Positions 58,357-64,000 of a stretch of DNA of 64,000 nt are shown piece by piece; positions within the stretch are counted from its first letter, which is position 1, and each line of letters begins with the position of its first letter. The notes beneath the pieces are model-generated. The model ran no database searches. It had not been told where the DNA came from and saw nothing but the letters and a program-made list of their open reading frames with translations. The position numbers and the translations under genes are program-made. This DNA comes from Escherichia phage EC121: the sequence record NC_054909.1, one strand, 5' to 3'.

Positions 58357-58506
58357 TTACTGCATGACAGTTATCACAGTCATGATAACACGTTGAATGC
58401 CGAACGCAAGAAGACCTCCCGCTACAGCTGGAACAACACCTAGACCCGCTAGTAAAATGCTACCAGATACTAATGCAGCGCTTGTAATACCAATGAATGG
58501 ACTCAT
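58357..58506 (-). CDS. Small hydrophobic membrane protein, not in ORF track
   Basis: 49 aa read by hand (MSPFIGITSAALVSGSILLAGLGVVPAVAGGLLAFGIQRVIMTVITVMQ); ATGA overlap with the gene 52 stop. Confidence 0.4.
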   Translation of the reverse strand: MSPFIGITSAALVSGSILLAGLGVVPAVAGGLLAFGIQRVIMTVITVMQ

Positions 58507-59831
58507 TTGATTTCCTCTAAATCTTTGGTGTATTCTGTAACTACATCAGTAGTTTTCCAATATTCGTTTTCTTCTTTTTTAGCTTTAGCTTCTTCAGCAA
58601 GTTTCTTTGCTTCGTCGGAAGTCATATGAAAAATATTCATTCCGACTAGTTTATCAACATAAGAAGAATACATATCAATTTTAGAAAGTTCTTCGGTCAG
58701 TTCTTTGCGAGTTTTACCCTGCACAACAATTTCACCTGAAATTACTTTCTTAATGAAATGTGCCTTGGCAAAGGCTAAACGAAATGCTGATTCAGTTTCT
58801 TTGATTTTGTTATCAATTCGTTTTTGGACATAAGTTTTACGAACTTCAACAAAGTCTTTAATTAAATCAACTACGTTATCGTAAACTTGTAGCTTTCCTT
58901 TCTCATTAATGACTGTAATATTCTGAGAACGACGCTCAATCAACCCAAAGTCTTTCATAATTTTTGCATGACGTTCTTCTTCGTTATCACTCAAAGAGTA
59001 TTCTTTGCGGAATTTAACTTTAAAGCCAAAGCCATGCTCACCGCAAGCATCATCCCATGTAATGAAGCCTTTATCTTCAAGCGGGTCTAAGATTTTACTC
59101 ACGTAAGTTTCACGATCATACTTATACGGAATCTCAGTGATATTCATTTGAGTTCGTGAAGTAAACTTATATGTTCCACGAATTTCATATTGCCCGTCAA
59201 TCTCAACGACTTCACCGCGAAATTCTGGGAATTCTACTTTCGGTTTAGTTACTTTCTTTCCTTGAAGAGCTTGTAATACAGCTTTCTTAACAGAAGAAAC
59301 ACTATGAGGAAGAATGTAAGTTGCATAACCAGTTGCAATACCGGAAACACCATTAAGAAGAACAGTAGGAATAATAGGCAAATAGAAAGCAGGAGGAATG
59401 TGTTCTTTATCTTGATGTACCGGAGCATATTCAGTATCTTTATATACGTTATAGAAATTTTTACTTACACGAGCAAAAATATAACGACTTGCCGCTGCTT
59501 TTTGAACAGTACGAGAACCAAAGTTTCCTTGACCATCTAACAAAGGAAAGTTATTATTCCATGTATTAGCCATCAAAGCCCCCGCATCTTGTGCAGAGTT
59601 TTCACCGTGGTGATACCCAAGGTCAGCTACACCACCTGCAATAGAAGCAAGTTTGTGAAACTTATCTTTATTTCCCCGTGCCAAATCAAGAGCTCGAGCG
59701 ATAACAAATCGTTGAACTGGCTTAAATCCATCAATCATATTTGGGATAGCACGATTTTCAACCGTGTACATAGCATAAGCCAATGCTTCATTATCAATGA
59801 TACTTTTTAAATCGCGATTATTCAGTTGCAT
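58503..59831 (-). CDS. 52: DNA topoisomerase II medium subunit gp52
   Basis: 442 aa (T4 gp52 length); GyrA-like N-terminus with the active-site Tyr region. Confidence 0.9.
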   Translation of the reverse strand: MQLNNRDLKSIIDNEALAYAMYTVENRAIPNMIDGFKPVQRFVIARALDLARGNKDKFHKLASIAGGVADLGYHHGENSAQDAGALMANTWNNNFPLLDGQGNFGSRTVQKAAASRYIFARVSKNFYNVYKDTEYAPVHQDKEHIPPAFYLPIIPTVLLNGVSGIATGYATYILPHSVSSVKKAVLQALQGKKVTKPKVEFPEFRGEVVEIDGQYEIRGTYKFTSRTQMNITEIPYKYDRETYVSKILDPLEDKGFITWDDACGEHGFGFKVKFRKEYSLSDNEEERHAKIMKDFGLIERRSQNITVINEKGKLQVYDNVVDLIKDFVEVRKTYVQKRIDNKIKETESAFRLAFAKAHFIKKVISGEIVVQGKTRKELTEELSKIDMYSSYVDKLVGMNIFHMTSDEAKKLAEEAKAKKEENEYWKTTDVVTEYTKDLEEIK

Positions 59832-59835
59832 AAAT

Positions 59836-59976
59836 TTACCATACTAGTGAATGTAGTGCCATAATAACATCAGAAATGAAAAGCACGACTTGAATTAATC
59901 CGAACATTACTCCATAATATAGTGCTACCAATAAAGCAGCAAGGGCTACTGAGTAGCCCAAGATTTTCTTAATCAT
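59836..59976 (-). CDS. Small hydrophobic membrane protein, not in ORF track
   Basis: 46 aa read by hand (MIKKILGYSVALAALLVALYYGVMFGLIQVVLF…). Confidence 0.35.
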   Translation of the reverse strand: MIKKILGYSVALAALLVALYYGVMFGLIQVVLFISDVIMALHSLVW

Positions 59977-60127
59977 TAGTAGATAACAACACAAATGTTA
60001 AATATGCACACATACCCTGGGCTAAAGCTTGTGAAAACACACTGCTAGCATCAATACAAATAGTTAAAACACATGCTACTATCCAACAAATAAATGAAAT
60101 AACTCCTAATAATTTTGCAATATTCAT
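59969..60127 (-). CDS. ac: Small membrane protein (ac position)
   Basis: 52 aa read by hand (MNIAKLLGVISFICWIVACVLTICIDASSVFSQALAQGMCAYLTFVLLSTND); T4 ac encodes a ~51-aa membrane protein in this slot. Confidence 0.4.
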   Translation of the reverse strand: MNIAKLLGVISFICWIVACVLTICIDASSVFSQALAQGMCAYLTFVLLSTND

Positions 60128-60137
60128 ATTTTCCTCA

Positions 60138-60215
60138 CTAGCGTCCGAAGATGCCTTTAGTTTTAAGATTGTTACGATAGAACTGCATTACATGTTCGTT
60201 ATGGAAATTACTCAT
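60138..60215 (-). CDS. stp: Stp peptide (anticodon-nuclease activator in T4)
   Basis: 25 aa read by hand, [25 protein letters not shown], matching T4 Stp; TAATG overlap with the ndd stop. Confidence 0.6.
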   Translation of the reverse strand: MSNFHNEHVMQFYRNNLKTKGIFGR

Positions 60216-60673
60216 TAGTATGCCTGCAAAACAAATTTAAAGTTATCAGCCAACATACGATTCATTTCTTCAAGCGTTTGATACTCAGAATGATGATTAC
60301 GAGTAAACGCTAAAGCTAACTGACCTTTTCCAAATCCCGTCGTCAGAGGTTTCATCTTAGAAGCAGGTAGATAAAATACTGTGTATGGAACATTGTTATT
60401 TGCAATAGTACGCGCAAGCTGAGACCGACGCTGGCGAATATGACTTAGAACTGCACTGAATCCTTGCTTAGAACGCTGATTACCTACATAAAATCGTGCA
60501 GATACGCATCGACTACCAAATGGACGACCATCTAATTTACTCGCTAAAAAGTAAAATCCAGGGTTAGACAAAATGTCTTTATGTGGAGTTCCAAAAACCC
60601 ATTCACCGCCCTTGATTGTACCAATAACAGTTGCGCCTGCATTATTCAAATCAGTAACAGTCATATATTTCAT
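60215..60673 (-). CDS. ndd: Nucleoid disruption protein Ndd
   Basis: 152 aa; [25 protein letters not shown]… matches T4 Ndd. Confidence 0.85.
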   Translation of the reverse strand: MKYMTVTDLNNAGATVIGTIKGGEWVFGTPHKDILSNPGFYFLASKLDGRPFGSRCVSARFYVGNQRSKQGFSAVLSHIRQRRSQLARTIANNNVPYTVFYLPASKMKPLTTGFGKGQLALAFTRNHHSEYQTLEEMNRMLADNFKFVLQAY

Positions 60674-60732
60674 GTTAATTTCCTCTAATTATTTTCTACT
60701 CCAAGGCCGCATGAATACACACGGCCGATAAA

Positions 60733-60948
60733 TTAATCGTCGCAGTCGACGCTCAATTCCCAGAACTCTTCTACAGTATAAGTTTCAGTATCATTTTCAA
60801 TACAGAAACGTTCATTACTGTTATTTGCTAAAGTAGCGTTAACTGTCATTTTCTCGCTGGTGCTCTTAAGAGGCGAAATACGAATTAACTGATCACCATT
60901 ATCTAAGCAAAAAATTTCGCCAACTTTTACATCTTTAAAAATTTTCAT
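60733..60948 (-). CDS. Hypothetical protein (ndd.1 position)
   Basis: 71-aa ORF. Confidence 0.45.
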   Translation of the reverse strand: MKIFKDVKVGEIFCLDNGDQLIRISPLKSTSEKMTVNATLANNSNERFCIENDTETYTVEEFWELSVDCDD

Positions 60949-61065
60949 AATTCACCTCAAGGAGTATAAAATCCAAATGCAGTTGTTGACCATCCCATCC
61001 AATATGGGGGATATTTGCGCCAATGTAAAATACAAGAATATAAAACCAAATGCTTAGTAAATTCA

Positions 61066-61284
61066 TTATTTTACACCATTCCAAATTGTTTCAACCACAG
61101 ATTTTAAACCATTTTGGTGAATATCCATTCCGACAACCGCCATCAAATAGATTCCAACCACAACTGAACCCAAGGCAAAAATCAGCATGAAAATGAATAA
61201 AGCTGGAAAAATATTATCGAAAAACCATTCCATAAATGTAAAAGCACTACGTTTACGCTTCATATTTTCCTCACATAAATCCAA
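61066..61284 (-). CDS. Small membrane protein
   Basis: 72 aa with two hydrophobic helices. Confidence 0.4.
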   Translation of the reverse strand: MDLCEENMKRKRSAFTFMEWFFDNIFPALFIFMLIFALGSVVVGIYLMAVVGMDIHQNGLKSVVETIWNGVK

Positions 61285-61384
61285 AGTAAGCGTTTAATAC
61301 ATCAATCATTAAAACGATTGGGAATATACTCAAAACTACTAGTATTATAACTACATTCCATATAGCTTTAACAATCTTTTTCAT
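61271..61384 (-). CDS. Small membrane protein
   Basis: 37 aa from the Met at 61384 (GGAGGAACAGAAAATG Shine-Dalgarno); the ORF-track extension overlaps a promoter and is rejected. Confidence 0.4.
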   Translation of the reverse strand: MKKIVKAIWNVVIILVVLSIFPIVLMIDVLNAYFGFM

Positions 61385-61395
61385 TTTCTGTTCCT

Positions 61396-61450
61396 CCGTA
61401 GTTGATAGAGTAATAATACCACAGAGGAACAGTCTTGTAAACAACTTTTT
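61396..61450 (-). promoter_or_regulatory. T4-type early promoter/leader cassette
   Basis: Minus strand: GTTTACAAGACTGTTCCTCTGTGGTATTATTACTCTATCAACTACGGAGG…. Confidence 0.45.
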
Positions 61451-61627
61451 TAAAAATATTCGTAATAAATGTGAATACCAATCACTACTGCCGAAACTTG
61501 CGCAACCCACCACGCACAAGCAATAAGTACAGAATTTAAAATTTTCATAATAACCTCATCACAAAAGTAAATGTTAAACAAATTAATGGAATACTAATTA
61601 ACCAAACAAAACACCACCATAATGAAC

Positions 61628-61891
61628 TCATAGTTCAATCTCAGCGATTTTCATTTCATTACTATTAATAGCCGCTTTAAGACTATCTGAAAGAATTACA
61701 TTCCAGTGGTCATTCATATGACCATTAACTAAGCGTGTAATTTCTTCGGGAGTTGAAAAATAAGGCGTATCAGACTCCCAATGCGATAGTCCCAAGCGAG
61801 TATAAATCATACCTTCATCGTCGCTAGAATATTCAACTGACACAAACTCATCAGTTATTTTATGTTTAGCGTAATAAAATTTAAATTTCAT
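61628..61891 (-). CDS. Hypothetical protein
   Basis: 87 aa from MKFKFYYAKHK… (GGAGGAGCGGAAA Shine-Dalgarno); ORF-track N-terminal extension rejected. Confidence 0.45.
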   Translation of the reverse strand: MKFKFYYAKHKITDEFVSVEYSSDDEGMIYTRLGLSHWESDTPYFSTPEEITRLVNGHMNDHWNVILSDSLKAAINSNEMKIAEIEL

Positions 61892-61894
61892 TTT

Positions 61895-61960
61895 CCGCTC
61901 CTCCGTAGTTGATAGTTGTATAGTACCACGGTCCTTGTGGTATGTAAACCGTTTTGTGAA
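61895..61960 (-). promoter_or_regulatory. T4-type early promoter/leader cassette
   Basis: Minus strand: AAAACGGTTTACATACCACAAGGACCGTGGTACTATACAACTATCAACTACGGAGGAGCGGAAAATG. Confidence 0.5.
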
Positions 61961-61965
61961 AATTT

Positions 61966-62523
61966 TTAAATGGAAAGATACCATCCATTGTAGTTGCTTT
62001 TTCTTACAACCTTACGAAGGTCTTCTCTGTCACCGATGAACTTCGGAGTGTACTGGATGACACCTGGATGAATTTCTTTAGTGTTGAATATAATTATACA
62101 GTCAGCGACTTGATGATTCAGAATGGGCCCTAGATTTATTCCAGAACCGTATGGATACTCTCCGCTGCATCCGGTTGTTACCGAAATCCAACGTGAGTCA
62201 GTTTGATGTGTCTTAACTTCTACACGAAGCCCGCAGTATCTTGGATGCGCCAATACATCCCATGCATATGTATACGGGTCATCGACATCTTCTTGACCTT
62301 TGTTAACATACCCGCTCAGCCAATCTGCTACAAAAAACTCTGCGTACACAGCGATACGGCATCTTTCGATAACTTCTGCCTTATCCTGATTCGGATTTTG
62401 TTTTAAAGAGTATCTTGCTGTATCAGCAATTTTGACCTTCATTTCACTAGTCAAGTCACCGTTCGATAGGGTAAATGTCGGAATCTGAAATAGTCTCTGT
62501 AAACCCGGATTCGTTTTCTGCAT
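61966..62523 (-). CDS. denB: Endonuclease IV
   Basis: 185 aa (T4 DenB length); position between ndd and rIIB; named by size and synteny. Confidence 0.6.
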   Translation of the reverse strand: MQKTNPGLQRLFQIPTFTLSNGDLTSEMKVKIADTARYSLKQNPNQDKAEVIERCRIAVYAEFFVADWLSGYVNKGQEDVDDPYTYAWDVLAHPRYCGLRVEVKTHQTDSRWISVTTGCSGEYPYGSGINLGPILNHQVADCIIIFNTKEIHPGVIQYTPKFIGDREDLRKVVRKSNYNGWYLSI

Positions 62524-62785
62524 TTAGACTTTCCTTTTTACCACTGAGATAAGCGTTATATACTTTAAGAGTGCCGTAATAAATTCGGTCATTTTCATCT
62601 AAAGACTCGCGGTCAAGTTCATCGAGCTCCTTTTTATCCATGACTATAACATCATTACAGTAAAGAAACCCAAGTTTTTCGTGACCAAACTCAAATTTAT
62701 TACAGTACACAATATTAGCGTGATGATTTCCGTGCAGTTTAATCTCTTTTATATCGGAATCACCGATATTCATACAATAAATCAT
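62456..62785 (-). CDS. Hypothetical protein
   Basis: 109-aa ORF; its start overlaps denB, so the true start may be internal. Confidence 0.4.
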   Translation of the reverse strand: MIYCMNIGDSDIKEIKLHGNHHANIVYCNKFEFGHEKLGFLYCNDVIVMDKKELDELDRESLDENDRIYYGTLKVYNAYLSGKKESLNAENESGFTETISDSDIYPIER

Positions 62786-62823
62786 AATTTTTCCTTAAAA
62801 CAAAAGGGCCGAAGCCCTTTATT

Positions 62824-63018
62824 TTACTTGAATTGTGCAATTCTTTTCTCTAGACATTCAGCATAAGATTTCATTGAGATAAACTGTGAAAGTAACAGTT
62901 CTTGCTCAACTGCACTAACTGTTAGAAACTTTGCGCTTTCTAAAAATTTACTCAGTGCATTAATTTTGAGCATTAATTGATCGTATTCTTCTTTTACTCG
63001 TGCTTGATAACCTAACAT
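62824..63018 (-). CDS. Hypothetical protein
   Basis: 64-aa ORF flanked by GGGCC-GAAG-CCC hairpins. Confidence 0.45.
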   Translation of the reverse strand: MLGYQARVKEEYDQLMLKINALSKFLESAKFLTVSAVEQELLLSQFISMKSYAECLEKRIAQFK

Positions 63019-63050
63019 AATTTTCCTTAATGTGATAAGGGCCGAAGCCC

Positions 63051-63989
63051 TTATTTAAATTGTTCAGTAACGTCTTCAACTACTTCGTATTGGCAGGTAC
63101 GCATTTTAGCATCGTTGTAATCAATCGGAATTGATACTACATCGCGAGGATGAACTTTAACTTTTACAACTCGGCTGGTTGAACTGCCAAAGTGACGAAT
63201 ATAAGATTTAGAACACACATGCAGACCGCGAGAACAAGTTTGCGTATCATCGTCATTCACACGAGTACGTGGCATTTTAACTACTTTACCAGGACTGTTA
63301 TCAAAGGTATTTGAGTGACAATCAAAGTAATTGCTGCGAACTACTTTCCAAGCATAGAAGTAACCATCTTCTGTAATTTCAATATCGTTTGCTACCAAGA
63401 AATCAAAGAGTCGAGAAACCGCTTTCTGGCTTGGGTTTTCCAGCAGATTTTCCAAGAACGGAAAATAAAATTCAAAGTTTTCGCCTTTTTCCATCGAATC
63501 AAGAATACGATCAACCAAACCAGACCGCAATTCAATATTTTGATAGAACAAGCTTCCACCTTCAATTCGAACATCGCCGGAAATATATTTTTCAACAGCG
63601 CGACGAACATTAATTTTTTGTGCTGCTTCTTCTAACTTATCTGCTACAAGCAGATTAAGAATTTCCTGGAAGTTTGAATGAGTATTAGGAGTTGCGTTAT
63701 AAGTTACGCCATCAACAGTAATTGAAATGAATTTTTTAGATGCATTCCAAATAATGTCAGATTTAGCAACTGGAGCAATAGCTGTATCGCTATCAACTTT
63801 AACCGTAATGTCACCGCTAATAGTAACTTTAGGACGTTTAGCTTCTTCAGCATTTTTCAAAACACGACGGATTGTGTCAACCGATACATCCTTCCAATAA
63901 GCTAATTCCTGCTGGGTGTAATTACCGCTTGAATACAGTTTGACAATTTCAGCTTGTTCGTTTTTGGTCAGGCATTTAATATTGTACAT
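63051..63989 (-). CDS. rIIB: rIIB rapid-lysis protein
   Basis: 312 aa (T4 rIIB length); N-terminus MYNIKCLTKNEQAEIVKLYSSGNYTQQELAYWKDVS… matches T4 rIIB from memory. Confidence 0.8.
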   Translation of the reverse strand: MYNIKCLTKNEQAEIVKLYSSGNYTQQELAYWKDVSVDTIRRVLKNAEEAKRPKVTISGDITVKVDSDTAIAPVAKSDIIWNASKKFISITVDGVTYNATPNTHSNFQEILNLLVADKLEEAAQKINVRRAVEKYISGDVRIEGGSLFYQNIELRSGLVDRILDSMEKGENFEFYFPFLENLLENPSQKAVSRLFDFLVANDIEITEDGYFYAWKVVRSNYFDCHSNTFDNSPGKVVKMPRTRVNDDDTQTCSRGLHVCSKSYIRHFGSSTSRVVKVKVHPRDVVSIPIDYNDAKMRTCQYEVVEDVTEQFK

Positions 63990-64000
63990 AATTTTCCTTA

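Noticed and set aside
61628-61984. 118-aa and 82-aa ORF-track models (61628-61984, 61271-61519)
   Set aside because: Their N-terminal parts run through early promoter cassettes; both are trimmed to internal Met starts with strong GGAGG sites.

Overview
This 64 kb window is a contiguous piece of a T-even (T4-like, Tequatrovirus-type) myovirus genome: AT-rich, almost entirely coding, with many ATGA/TAATG stop-start overlaps. Gene order follows the T4 map from the 3' end of head gene 24 through rnlB, hoc, inh, segE, uvsW, uvsY, baseplate genes 25-26-51-27-28-29-48-54, two tandem alt-like genes, DNA ligase (30), the 30.x block, rIII, 31, cd, pseT, spanins, alc, rnlA, denA, nrdB, mobE, nrdA, td (split by a 1016-nt group I intron carrying I-TevI), frd, gene 32, 59, 33, dsbA, rnh, long tail fibre genes 34-38, holin t, asiA, arn, motA, 52, ac, stp, ndd, denB and rIIB. 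All identifications rest on reading the supplied translations against remembered T4 protein sequences, lengths and synteny; no database search was run, so gene names and every 'differs from T4' statement need confirmation by alignment. Departures from T4 as I remember it are: an HNH endonuclease gene with a TTG start inserted between uvsW and uvsW.1; a tightly coupled 68-codon ORF inserted at the frd-td junction; a second full-length Alt-like ADP-ribosyltransferase gene; an intronless nrdB; a T2/T6-type gp38 adhesin; and extra small ORFs in three intergenic blocks. I also found a 54-bp promoter-leader cassette duplicated 15 kb apart, a family of early-promoter/leader cassettes, and a 200-bp non-coding gap with a perfect palindrome. 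Nothing here is demonstrably an undescribed system; the orf68 insertion, the HNH insertion and the Alt paralog are the best candidates for follow-up. No tRNA, rRNA or CRISPR array was found.
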